From Candidatus Hydrogenedentota bacterium (GTDB taxonomy: Bacteria; Hydrogenedentota; Hydrogenedentia; Hydrogenedentales; SLHB01), in contig BTWA01000017.1 in NCBI GenBank assembly GCA_045863295.1, positions 32,001-96,000 of the forward strand: a stretch of 64,000 bases of DNA. Direction: 5' to 3'. Position numbers and translations under genes: made by a program. Below are positions 38,705 through 48,264 of this stretch, in pieces. The notes under the pieces are model-generated. The model saw only the letters and a program-made list of their open reading frames with translations, did not search any database and was not told the DNA's origin. Position 1 is the stretch's first letter; each line of letters starts with the position of its first letter.

Positions 38705-40603
38705 CTACTCCACGATCCGGCGGTGGAACAGCCACCACTCCGCGGTCAACACAGCGAACGCCAGCGCGGCGAGAATAAGCCATGGTTCCGTGCCCAGGCG
38801 TAGGCCCCCCGCAATGACGGGAAGCGGTGCGTCGGATTGGATTGGAAGTTCATGGGATGGGGCGATGTTAGATTCGCGGGCGCTGTTGATGTTTGCCGCA
38901 AACAAGGGTATTTGCTCCCCGTCGGTCATCGTCGCGCGGTAGACACCGGACCGGTTCACGGGGAGCAACGCATCATCACTGAGCGGCGCAAGTGGCATTT
39001 GCGATTCCGCCGGGCCGGTCGCGCTTTGACTCTGGGACACACTCGAAATCACATCGTCGGCATGGGCAGTGTGCTTGGACACGAACCCGCGCAAATCGTC
39101 CGCGGACAGCATCTGTCCGATAGGGGGCGTTTGCCAGGCCGGATCGCTATCGATGCCTGCCATATACCTGACCGCATTGGCCACGAGAATGGGATAGGCG
39201 ACGCGCAGAGGCAAGTCACTTGCATTCTCATCAAATGCAAACACGAGTGTTTGGCTGTCGGTTGTCGACCGGATCAGGGCGAGCGGATCGTCGAATGCAC
39301 TAATGAGAGGGGTGAATTCGTCCGGGCAATTTACCTTGAGGGCGCTACGAATCGTAACATTTGTCAGCGACACGTGGCGGTTGATGGGATGTTCCTCATC
39401 CCATTCCGTAATGATTGCGTCCGCCAGCGGACCGTTCGACGATAGGCCGAGGTCGGCCGGCCATGCGCTGAGGAAGACGGCAATTCCCTTGGGCGTCGCG
39501 GGTGGCGCCCAGCGATCGAAGATCATCACGTGATCCCCTTCGACGGGATCGGCGCTGTAGTTCGCGGGCAGGGTCATCGTGAGATCGATTTCGTCATCTG
39601 TTCGCAATGCGCTTTCCAGGAAGAGATTTCCTTCGGACACAAGAGTGACAGGAATGACGCGCGGTTCAGGCAGGACACCATACGCCCGGTTGTCAATCGG
39701 GTATGCGTCGTCGTAGTCGAGAAAGAGGTCTACTTCGCCGCCCTCGTTGCTGAACTGGCGCACTGTGCGCACTTCGCTTGCTCCCGCCGCCAGCACCAAT
39801 TCGCCTGCATCGACCAGAATGCCCGCGGCATTCACCTCGTAAGGAATCCGTTTTTCCGATTCCGTATGGTTTACTGCTTCGAAATAGATTTCAAAGTCGC
39901 GCGGCGACGCGGGCAGCGCGCGCAGTTGAAATGCCGCAATCCCGACGTTGTCCTTGGCCTCACCCACTTTGAGATAAGCAAACTGAGTATTCTCGGCCGG
40001 TGTGAACGTCACTGGATCGAACGCCCCATCGCTGATGACGTATACGTGCGTATCGCGTTCGTCCTTGGGCAGATTGTCTAGAATGGAGAGCGCTTTGTCG
40101 AAGCGTGTGCCGCCGTGTGTAAGTTCCACCCGATCCAGCGCGTCGAGCAAATCTTTCCGGCCGTTGGTGAACGGCGAGACAATGTCCGCCTGATCGGCGA
40201 TGGTCACTAGCATCAAGTTGTCGCCCTGCCCCATGCCGCGAATCACATTCTGGGCGAGCTGTTTGGCTTTGTCGAACCGTGTCATGCCGTTCTCGACTGC
40301 GGTCATGCTGGCGGAGCGATCCAGAATGAGTACGATTCGGCGGGCACCGAGCGCCCCGCCGGACAGCAACGGCTGAGCGACCGCAAGGGCGAGTAAAGAG
40401 ACAATCAAGAGTTGGAGCAATAGCGAAAGCAGTTTCCGGATGCGCGTGAACGAAGTAATGGTGTGTTCATCCCGCAGTACCTTCTCCCAGAAGAGGAGGT
40501 TGGACACCATGACACGCCTGCGCCGTTGCTTCAGCAAATACAGCAGGATGACAGGTATAAACAGCGCAAAGAGTGCGAGTGCTATGGGTTGCGCAAAAGC
40601 CAT
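38705..40603 (-). CDS. BatA-like N-terminal and vWA domain membrane protein
   Basis: IPVILLYLLK...VSNLLFW...LLLQLL..LLALAVAQP (BatA), MIDAS DRSAS, VISDG, and a C-terminal TM ending EWWLFHRR. Confidence 0.88.
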   Translation of the reverse strand: MAFAQPIALALFALFIPVILLYLLKQRRRRVMVSNLLFWEKVLRDEHTITSFTRIRKLLSLLLQLLIVSLLALAVAQPLLSGGALGARRIVLILDRSASMTAVENGMTRFDKAKQLAQNVIRGMGQGDNLMLVTIADQADIVSPFTNGRKDLLDALDRVELTHGGTRFDKALSILDNLPKDERDTHVYVISDGAFDPVTFTPAENTQFAYLKVGEAKDNVGIAAFQLRALPASPRDFEIYFEAVNHTESEKRIPYEVNAAGILVDAGELVLAAGASEVRTVRQFSNEGGEVDLFLDYDDAYPIDNRAYGVLPEPRVIPVTLVSEGNLFLESALRTDDEIDLTMTLPANYSADPVEGDHVMIFDRWAPPATPKGIAVFLSAWPADLGLSSNGPLADAIITEWDEEHPINRHVSLTNVTIRSALKVNCPDEFTPLISAFDDPLALIRSTTDSQTLVFAFDENASDLPLRVAYPILVANAVRYMAGIDSDPAWQTPPIGQMLSADDLRGFVSKHTAHADDVISSVSQSQSATGPAESQMPLAPLSDDALLPVNRSGVYRATMTDGEQIPLFAANINSARESNIAPSHELPIQSDAPLPVIAGGLRLGTEPWLILAALAFAVLTAEWWLFHRRIVE

Positions 40604-40627
40604 CGTAGCTGACGTCGCCTTTCGCTG

Positions 40628-41548
40628 TTATTGCAGCAATTTGCCCCGGCGCAACATGTGCACCACAGCGTCTTGAAATGGCATGTCTGTACGGCACCGC
40701 ATATAGCCCACTTCCTTCGATCGGCAAAACCGTTCGATGGAATCGCAATAGCCGGTGAAGACGGTTCTGTATTTTCGCAGTAGGGATTCAGTCAAGGTGA
40801 CGTCCTTGAACTGAGCGGTCTCCGCATCGAAGAGGCGAAGATCGCCGAGGAGCGACGGTTCCGCTTCCTGAGGCGACACGATATGAATGACGTAGGGGTC
40901 GAATTTGTTGAAGCGCAGCTGATTAATGGCTTCAGTCACGCCCTTTTCGTCGTACAAATCGGATATTACCAGGGCCAGCCCGCGTTTGTACTTGCTTGCG
41001 GAGAAGGCCTTCAGGCAGTTCGTCAAATCCGTCGTGCCCGCGGCCTTCCGATTTTCGAGGAATTGAAGCATTTGGAAGACTTTTCCCCGGCCGCGAAGAC
41101 GCAGGGAATCTGCCGCTGTACGGCCGATGGCGCTGGAAAACGGCACCACGTGTACGCGATCCATGCTGGCAAGGCCGAGATAGCCGATAGCGGCGGCCAG
41201 TCTGCGCGCGTAGTGGAATTTGTATGGAGCGCCAAAGTCCATTGAACCGGAACAATCGAGCAACAGATACACGTACAGATCTTCCTGTTCCTCGAAGAGC
41301 TTTAGAAAGAGCTGATCGGTGCGAAAGAACACGCCCCAATCGATGAACCGGAAATCGTCGCCCGGAGCGTAGGGCCGGTGATCCGCAAACTCGACACTCA
41401 CGCCTTTTTGCTTGCTGCGCCGCTCGGCCTTCATCTGGCCGGAAAAGATCTTCCGCGCGACCAGGTGGAGGTAGTCGAGGATATCCATGAAGTCTTCGCC
41501 GAAGAGCGGTTCGTCGCGATCGTCAACGTAGGCCGGTGCCACTTCCAT
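40628..41548 (-). CDS. DUF58 domain protein
   Basis: GVSVEFADHRPYAPGDDFRFIDW, LKLFEE, DCSGSM, VISDL. Confidence 0.92.
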   Translation of the reverse strand: MEVAPAYVDDRDEPLFGEDFMDILDYLHLVARKIFSGQMKAERRSKQKGVSVEFADHRPYAPGDDFRFIDWGVFFRTDQLFLKLFEEQEDLYVYLLLDCSGSMDFGAPYKFHYARRLAAAIGYLGLASMDRVHVVPFSSAIGRTAADSLRLRGRGKVFQMLQFLENRKAAGTTDLTNCLKAFSASKYKRGLALVISDLYDEKGVTEAINQLRFNKFDPYVIHIVSPQEAEPSLLGDLRLFDAETAQFKDVTLTESLLRKYRTVFTGYCDSIERFCRSKEVGYMRCRTDMPFQDAVVHMLRRGKLLQ

Positions 41549-41562
41549 CTGACCCGACCCCT

Positions 41563-42642
41563 TTACGCCGCAGCGACTTTGACGGTATCGAGCACTTCCT
41601 GGACAATTTGATCCGTCTTGATGTCTTCGGCTTCGCCTTCGAAGTTAAGTAGGATGCGGTGGCGCAGTGCGGGCACTGCCACCTCACGAATATCTTCTTC
41701 AGCCACGTGATAGCGGCCATCCAACAGGGCGCGCACCTTCGCGCCCAAAATCATGGCCTGCAAACCGCGGGGGCTGGAGCCATAGCGTACATACCGCTTG
41801 ACCAGTGCGGTGCCGCGGCCGGATTGGGGCTGCGTGCTTTGAAGCACGCCTGCTGCGTACCGCTCCACATGTGCCGCAATTGGGACATCGCGCACGATCC
41901 CCTGCAATGCGGCGAGTTCCTTATCCGTGACGGCGACCGCTGCCCGTGGCATCTCTCGCGTCGTAGTCCGGCGTGCTACCTCAATGAGTTCCTCAAGCGA
42001 CGGGGTATTCACGTTCAATTTGAAGAAGAACCGGTCCAACTGCGCCTCGGGCAATGGATACGTGCCTTCCATTTCTAGCGGGTTCTGGGTGGCTATTACA
42101 TAAAACGGGGGTCCCAGCCGGTGGGTCTCTCCGGCAACCGTTACGGACCGCTCCTGCATCGCTTCCAGAAGGGCCGACTGGGTCTTTGGCGTTGCCCGGT
42201 TGATTTCATCCGCCAGCAACACCTGTGTGAACAACGGCCCTGGGTGAAAAGCGAAATGTTTGCGTCCCGTATCATCCTCGTTCACCACGCGCGTGCCGAT
42301 GATGTCGGACGGCATCAAATCCGGCGTGAATTGAATACGCGAAAACTTGCAGTGAATCGAATCGGCGAGTGTGTGTACCAGCAGCGTCTTGCCAATCCCG
42401 GGCACGCCCTCCAGAAGCACGTGGCCGCCGCCCATCAATGCGGTCAACACATCCTCGACCAATCGATTCTGTCCGACAATGACCTTGGCGATTTCCTTTT
42501 GAGTGGCGCGAAACGCTTCGATGAATTTCGCGGCGCTGTGCTCGAAGGAGGCTTTCTTCGCCGGTTTCGGTGCAGACCGTTCCGTCTTTGCCGCAGTTGT
42601 TTTCTTTTTCGCGGTTGCGGCCTGTTTCACTGCTTTCGCCAC
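41563..42642 (-). CDS. moxR: MoxR family AAA+ ATPase
   Basis: LEGVPGIGKT, RIQFTPDLMPSD, ADEINRATPKTQSALLEAMQE, TQNPLEMEGTYPLPEAQLDRF; GTG start after a GGAGG RBS. Confidence 0.93.
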   Translation of the reverse strand: MAKAVKQAATAKKKTTAAKTERSAPKPAKKASFEHSAAKFIEAFRATQKEIAKVIVGQNRLVEDVLTALMGGGHVLLEGVPGIGKTLLVHTLADSIHCKFSRIQFTPDLMPSDIIGTRVVNEDDTGRKHFAFHPGPLFTQVLLADEINRATPKTQSALLEAMQERSVTVAGETHRLGPPFYVIATQNPLEMEGTYPLPEAQLDRFFFKLNVNTPSLEELIEVARRTTTREMPRAAVAVTDKELAALQGIVRDVPIAAHVERYAAGVLQSTQPQSGRGTALVKRYVRYGSSPRGLQAMILGAKVRALLDGRYHVAEEDIREVAVPALRHRILLNFEGEAEDIKTDQIVQEVLDTVKVAAA

Positions 42643-42855
42643 TCGATACCTCCCCACTGGCAGCGTATTTCACGCCGAGGTAGATGTATGAACATTGCGC
42701 CTTGCGTCAAATGACCGAATATCGCCCAAGGCGATCAAGAATCGCCGCGGATTGGGGGGTTTACCGTGTCCGAATGTGTTGCCGTCTCCGTTATTGCGGT
42801 CGCGCGATAAGCAGCCCGCCATCGCGTGACGCAAGAACGACAGGAAAACGTGTTT

Positions 42856-44394
42856 TTACTCGGTGGGCCGAATGGCCTGGAAATACCGCTTCACGTGAAA
42901 CCGGTGGCTGAGCGGAATTTCCTCTTTCTCGATTGCTTCCTCGGCCACCGCGGCGTACTCCGCGTATACATCGGTCGCGCCAATCTGGCTTTCGGAAGTC
43001 TGGCCTTCGGTTACTTCCACTTCGGAGTCAACCGGCCCGTCGCCGGCGGTACCTTTCACTTCAAGCATATTGCGATAACTGGCGGCGAGGCGGCTCGGAT
43101 CGCCGAACGGATCGCCGGTCGCGCCTTTGCCCGCTTTCAAACCACCTTTGCCCTTGCCCTCGCCATCGCCGTAGCCGCCTTCCTTGCCTTGCTCACCTTT
43201 GCCGCTGCCGTTGCACTTGGCGCAGCCGCCGCCGCTACAGGCCTTGCACTCTTTCTTTTGGCCCAAATTGAGTTTGGCCATGCCGATGCGCTTCTGGGCC
43301 TGGCTCATTTTTTTGTATTTGCTCACGCTTGACATCTTGTTGCCCGCCGATGTGCACGCATCGCAGAACTTGTCCGAATCGCCGGACTTCATGGCCTCGG
43401 AAGCATTTGCCATGTCGCCGCCAAACGATCCCTTCTGTTTGGAGCCCAACTTCGCGGCCGCAACACCCATGTTCATGGCCAGTTGTTCTTTGTCTTTTTC
43501 GGACAATTCCTTGGCCCGTTCCTTCTTGCCCAGTTCATCCATTTCTTGCGCGGCTTTGTCGAGTTGCTGCTCTTTTAATGCCATCGCCACGGCTTTTGTA
43601 GCCTCGGCCGCCATCAGGTGGGGTACCAACTGGTTCAGCTCGTTTTGAAGATTCTCCACGCCGGCCTGTTTCAAGCTCTGGCGAAGATCTTCGTCCAGTC
43701 GCGCCAATTCGATCATGACATCGCGCTCGGCCATTTCACCTTGTTTGAAGCGCCGCTCGATTTCCTTCAGATTTTCAAGAACCTTTTCCAGCTCTTCGTT
43801 TTCAGTTCCTTGCGCCATCAGGTCGTCGCTGAGTTGGCGCAGTTCATCCAGTTGTTGCGCCTTGCGTTGATCCACCGCCGCTTCCGCCACAGACGGCGAA
43901 AAGCGGGAAGGCATAAAGAAGCTTACGGCGACGAGCGCCAGTAACACCGGAATTGCCAATGCGTAACGAGGCAGACGCTGGTGCAAGGCGCGTCCCACGT
44001 TCAATGACTCCGCATGGCGAAGCGCATCGCGAATTTGCAGTACCTTCGGCTCATCGAGTTCAGCGGAATCGGAAAGGAATTCCCATGCCGTGGAAAGCCG
44101 ATCCTTCAACGCGGCGCCTTCGTCCAGCGCCAACGCGGAATCCAATGGAGTGCGCAGGCGCGCCCACGCAAAAAGGAGGGAGGCGAGAATCCATGCGCCA
44201 GCCGCGCCCCCTGCAATGGCAACGCTCCATTGGCCTGACGCCAACCATTGATCCAGCGCCACGGACACGGCCGCCACCGGCAATAAAACAAGTCCAGCAT
44301 TGACGACGTTACGCATGCAGGATTGGAAGAAAAGGCGGCGCCGGGCGGAAGCCACGGTACGCATCAACACATCGCGGGAGTGCTCATTACTCAT
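42856..44394 (-). CDS. Membrane coiled-coil protein of the MoxR operon with a Cys-rich, Gly-rich tail
   Basis: Three TM segments, LKDRLSTAWE, long coiled-coil, CKACSGGGCAKCNGSG, and a C-terminal EEIPLSHRFHVKRYF; AGGAGG RBS. Confidence 0.8.
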   Translation of the reverse strand: MSNEHSRDVLMRTVASARRRLFFQSCMRNVVNAGLVLLPVAAVSVALDQWLASGQWSVAIAGGAAGAWILASLLFAWARLRTPLDSALALDEGAALKDRLSTAWEFLSDSAELDEPKVLQIRDALRHAESLNVGRALHQRLPRYALAIPVLLALVAVSFFMPSRFSPSVAEAAVDQRKAQQLDELRQLSDDLMAQGTENEELEKVLENLKEIERRFKQGEMAERDVMIELARLDEDLRQSLKQAGVENLQNELNQLVPHLMAAEATKAVAMALKEQQLDKAAQEMDELGKKERAKELSEKDKEQLAMNMGVAAAKLGSKQKGSFGGDMANASEAMKSGDSDKFCDACTSAGNKMSSVSKYKKMSQAQKRIGMAKLNLGQKKECKACSGGGCAKCNGSGKGEQGKEGGYGDGEGKGKGGLKAGKGATGDPFGDPSRLAASYRNMLEVKGTAGDGPVDSEVEVTEGQTSESQIGATDVYAEYAAVAEEAIEKEEIPLSHRFHVKRYFQAIRPTE

Positions 44395-44422
44395 AACCGT
44401 CTTGCCTCCTGACCTTCTCGCC

Positions 44423-44451
44423 ATGCTACCAGTAGTAGAACAACCTGTCAA
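44423..44451 (-). promoter_or_regulatory. sigma70-type promoter of the MoxR/vWA/TPR operon
   Basis: Minus strand TTGACA, 17 nt, then TAGCAT with an extended-10 TG. Confidence 0.65.
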
Positions 44452-44700
44452 TGAGATACCCGTGCACCAGAAACAATCATTGTTCCACTTCGACAACGGA
44501 CCCCAGCCTTCCCGTACTCGACGGGCATCACCACTGCCTTAAAAGACGCCGCCGGTTGGTAAATGGTTAACGGCGGCGAAGTGCTTCCGTGCGAGCGTAA
44601 TGACCCGAATTGCGTTGGGAGGTCAAACGCTTCCCCTATCCAACAGATATGACGCCGAAGCGGCCGATTTGTTCGAAAAGGACCGGCGATGAACTATCAC

Positions 44701-44730
44701 TTGACGCACTATACCGTAATGCGATATAGT
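44701..44730 (+). promoter_or_regulatory. sigma70-type promoter with an overlapping palindromic operator upstream of padR
   Basis: TTGACG, 18 nt, TATAGT; imperfect palindrome ACTATACCGTAATGCGATATAGT at 44708-44730. Confidence 0.6.
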
Positions 44731-44754
44731 TAATCAAGGCCACGGAATTGACCC

Positions 44755-45117
44755 ATGACACCCAATGATTCACTTGCAAACTGGAAAACACAGCTTCGAA
44801 AGGGGTTCTTGGATCTCTGTATCTTGCGCTATCTAAATGCCCGCGAATTCTATGGTTACGACCTTGTGCAAGAGCTCAGGAAGGTCGACGGGACGGCCAT
44901 GCGGGAAGGCATTATCTACCCGGTCCTTGCACGACTGCAGGAAGACGGGCTGGTCACAAACGAGCGTCGGCTTTCCAATTCAGGTCCGCCCCGAAAGTAC
45001 TACCAGATTACCCCCGAGGGCCAGCGGGTCTTGATGGAAATGGAAGCACACTGGCGGCGGATTGCCGAGGCGATGGCCGCGCCGATCCGGCTGGAGAAGG
45101 AGCACGAACATGCGTGA
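44755..45117 (+). CDS. PadR family transcriptional regulator
   Basis: QLRKGFLDLCIL...YGYDL...EGIIYPVLARL...GPPRKYYQITPEG. Confidence 0.93.
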   Translation: MTPNDSLANWKTQLRKGFLDLCILRYLNAREFYGYDLVQELRKVDGTAMREGIIYPVLARLQEDGLVTNERRLSNSGPPRKYYQITPEGQRVLMEMEAHWRRIAEAMAAPIRLEKEHEHA

Positions 45118-45703
45118 TACCCCGTACGACGCCTACTTGGATTGCGTGGAAGACGCTCTTGAAAGTACCGGACATCCCCGTGCGCGCGAAGTCGTGGACG
45201 ACCTGCGGATTCATCTGGCGGAGCTCCGTGCCGCCGCCGCCAGGCCGCATTCCATGGCCGATCTAATCGAGCAGTTGGGTGCGCCGGAGGAATACGTGGA
45301 GAGCATCGGCCCAATCCGGTCCTGGTTGGTACGTGCAACGTCCGCACCCGGTCGCGAATGCCGTGCAAGACGATTCCCATCGGGAAATGACCGAGTCGTG
45401 CTTGTCGCTGTCAACGCATTGTTGTCTGTGCTCTTTCTGACGGCGATTCTTCCTTTGTTCATCTTTATGGCACACGGCCCCTTCGAATGGGGCTCGGGAA
45501 CCGGCGGCACGCCTGCGTATGTATTTCGCACCATGCTCATCTTTGGCCCTGTCTTATGGGGAGCCAGTCACATCGTGACCCTGCCCGTGATGGAAATGGT
45601 ATTCCGCCTTGTAAGGCCGCGATCCGGACGAATGCCGATCTATCTGGGTACTTCGTGGTGCATTTGGATTGGATTAATGGTAGTCGGCGCAATGGGCGAC
45701 TAA
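45110..45703 (+). CDS. HAAS (DUF1700-like) domain membrane protein 1
   Basis: YLDCVEDALESTGHPRAREVVDDLRIHL...LIEQLGAPEEY followed by three TM segments; overlaps the padR end. Confidence 0.75.
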   Translation: MRDTPYDAYLDCVEDALESTGHPRAREVVDDLRIHLAELRAAAARPHSMADLIEQLGAPEEYVESIGPIRSWLVRATSAPGRECRARRFPSGNDRVVLVAVNALLSVLFLTAILPLFIFMAHGPFEWGSGTGGTPAYVFRTMLIFGPVLWGASHIVTLPVMEMVFRLVRPRSGRMPIYLGTSWCIWIGLMVVGAMGD

Positions 45704-45721
45704 CCGTCTCGGAGCAATGCC

Positions 45722-46795
45722 ATGGCAAAGCACGACCATGCGAACTACATCAGAATAGTCTCGGACGCCCTGGAACGAACCGGCCATCCGCGCCGGAACG
45801 AAGTGCTTGATGATCTAAGCACGCATTTGGACGAGATTATCGCGCGAACCAAACAGCCCTTGGACATGGCGTATCTGATTGAGACGTTGGGTCCTCCGGA
45901 GGAATATGCGGAATCGCTGGCCCCAGCGACGGGCTACCGGTCAAAGCCATGGTACCGGAGAAAGAGTGTGCGCACGGCGGGCGTGGCGGCAATTGCGGGA
46001 GTCGTGGTGTTGATTGCAGTGCTTCCCGGCCCCGAAGCCATTTCGGCGCGCGTGCGCGAGATGTTCGGCACAAACTACAGCGCCTATCCCTTTCTCGATC
46101 TCGCCGTGTTGCGGGAGTTGACGCCGGGACTTACGGAAAATGAGGTGCGCGATGCCATCGGCATTCCGCTGCATCGCGCAGTCTGGTCCGGGAAGGAAAA
46201 CGAAATCGAATGGCAGTACACCGCGCCGCCGGTTGCCGGTGCAGCGTACTACACCCACGGATCCGCTGTATTTGGCAAAGTAGACGGCCGACTGCTTCGA
46301 ACTGAAGTCGAGCGACACTCGCTGCCTTCAGTATCCGGCGGTATCCCTTTGAGTTTGAACGTGGGCCGGGTGACCCTCATCGGCCTTGACGGTAACGAGA
46401 CGGTAATAGCTCCCGGCGATCCCAGACCGTGCGTTGTAGCGATTTTGCGCCATGCCTATGGGCGCATTGACGATCGCGTGCGAGTTCACCATGAGTTCAT
46501 CACGGAACGATGGGACGCGTCGATGGTGAGCGGAGTATTGTTCGCCTACTTGCTGGAGTCCGAATCCTTAGCGGACACCCCCGCAACCGAAATCTCGACC
46601 CTTCCAGAAGGGGTCCAAATTTTTCGACGCAGTAAACCGCACCTGTCCATTGAATCCGGCGAAACGTGGATTTACAGCGGGGGCATTTTGTACCGGTATC
46701 CACAGGTTGCGCTCACCGGGATTGAACAGATTACGCAGGGTTATTACGACGATCAGGCGTGGTTGGTGCGTTGGCTAATCCGGCAGTCCGATTAA
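45722..46795 (+). CDS. HAAS domain protein 2 with one TM and a SmpA/BamE-like extracytoplasmic region
   Basis: ALERTGHPRRNEVLDDLSTHL...LGPPEEY, TM, then LTPGLTENEVRDAIGIP...WQY. Confidence 0.75.
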   Translation: MAKHDHANYIRIVSDALERTGHPRRNEVLDDLSTHLDEIIARTKQPLDMAYLIETLGPPEEYAESLAPATGYRSKPWYRRKSVRTAGVAAIAGVVVLIAVLPGPEAISARVREMFGTNYSAYPFLDLAVLRELTPGLTENEVRDAIGIPLHRAVWSGKENEIEWQYTAPPVAGAAYYTHGSAVFGKVDGRLLRTEVERHSLPSVSGGIPLSLNVGRVTLIGLDGNETVIAPGDPRPCVVAILRHAYGRIDDRVRVHHEFITERWDASMVSGVLFAYLLESESLADTPATEISTLPEGVQIFRRSKPHLSIESGETWIYSGGILYRYPQVALTGIEQITQGYYDDQAWLVRWLIRQSD

Positions 46796-46819
46796 AAGCC
46801 GCAGAGGAGCGGACAATCC

Positions 46820-47980
46820 ATGGCGAAGGAAGTTTACGAGACCTATTTGAAGCGCGTATCGCAGGCGCTTGAGCGTACCGGGCATTCTCGACGAGGCGAG
46901 GTACTCGACGACCTTCGGGAACACTTGACCGAGTTCGCAGCGCAGTCCGAAGAATCGGTAACCCTGGATTCGTTGATTCAGACCCTAGGTTCGCCCGAGG
47001 AGTATGCGGAAAATCTCGCCACACCGGGCAGCTTGATAGCGAAGCCATGGTTTCGCAGCCGCGCCTTCTGGACTCTTTCCATAATGGCCGTATTATTTCT
47101 AGTCGCGGCCGGTCTTGTGTGGCAACGCCACACCATAGCGGCCCACTATCGCGAAATCGGTCACCGGAACTTCACAGCAAACCCCTTCTTCGATCTTACG
47201 AAAGCGCGGGCCATCAAGGCGGGCGCTTCCGCGAGCGAAATCCGGGAAGCCATTGGATTTCCTTTGAAACGCTACACGGGTTATCTGAAATCCGAGTTGG
47301 CCAATATGGATCGCGCGCCGGGAGACGCCCCGTTCGCGCTCACGGCGTCGAAGGACGAAATCGTTTGGGAGTACACGGCTTCCCCCGATCCGAAATCGCC
47401 GTTTTACACGGTCTGCAATGTGATCACCGATAGGGATATGAAATTCGTTCGAGTGGATGTAACGCGCAACTACGTGCCTTTGGCCGAGCAATTCACGTTT
47501 TTCCGCGCGCCCCTGTCGCACGCTGCGGGAGACGTGACCCTCATGCGCGGCGAATCCGAAGCGAAAACCCTTGGTCGAGAGGACTCAGACGTCTATGTAC
47601 TGCTCTCGACCATCGTCCAGGGGGATTTGGTGGAGCACTGCCGTTTGGAACGGGAAAAGCTCGCGAATTCCTTGGGGAGCTTGAGCCTGGATCGCGTCCA
47701 TGTCGTCAACACACCCGTAGCGACCGATGAGCCACCTCTCGAAGCCCGGTTGGACGGCCTACCCGACGGCGAGCCAATATATAGCGGCTTGCGGATGGCC
47801 GTATCCGGATGGATTGCCGCCAAAGGGATAGTACATGGATATGGGCACGTGTATTTTTATCATCGAGGGGTTCTGTACGAGAGTCCAGAACCCTACACGG
47901 GATCCGACTCGGCGCTGAAGGCGGCCCGCACAGACGATGTGCGTTGGCTGTTAGAAAAATTGTTGTCTGGCGGCACCTGA
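46820..47980 (+). CDS. HAAS domain protein 3 with one TM and a SmpA/BamE-like extracytoplasmic region
   Basis: ALERTGHSRRGEVLDDLREHL...LGSPEEY, TM, then IKAGASASEIREAIGFP...WEY. Confidence 0.75.
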   Translation: MAKEVYETYLKRVSQALERTGHSRRGEVLDDLREHLTEFAAQSEESVTLDSLIQTLGSPEEYAENLATPGSLIAKPWFRSRAFWTLSIMAVLFLVAAGLVWQRHTIAAHYREIGHRNFTANPFFDLTKARAIKAGASASEIREAIGFPLKRYTGYLKSELANMDRAPGDAPFALTASKDEIVWEYTASPDPKSPFYTVCNVITDRDMKFVRVDVTRNYVPLAEQFTFFRAPLSHAAGDVTLMRGESEAKTLGREDSDVYVLLSTIVQGDLVEHCRLEREKLANSLGSLSLDRVHVVNTPVATDEPPLEARLDGLPDGEPIYSGLRMAVSGWIAAKGIVHGYGHVYFYHRGVLYESPEPYTGSDSALKAARTDDVRWLLEKLLSGGT

Positions 47981-48264
47981 GCGAAGAACCCTGTGCGGCA
48001 AAGTCTATCCCGTGCAAGCCAGACCACAACTCCCTCTGCTCCTGAAATTCTCCGTAACCCTTTCACCGGTTGGATGTTGGCGATGTCAGTTAAGCGCCAG
48101 CTTCACGTTGCACTTAGGCCTGCAATAGGGGTAGGCTAATCTTAGGGGACCGATACCGGGCGTGAACGCCCGTCCCGCCAGCGGCCCCCGGGCGCACTCG
48201 TGCGTTGCGGCAGTTTTAGCGGCCGTTCGCACGATGAGGAATTTATCGATAAAAGGAGTCGATC

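Noticed and set aside
48130..48240. Riboswitch or ncRNA upstream of the PqaA-like gene
   Set aside because: A GC-rich hairpin (CGGGCG-TGAA-CGCCCG) is present, but I recognise no conserved aptamer motif; an Rfam search would be needed.
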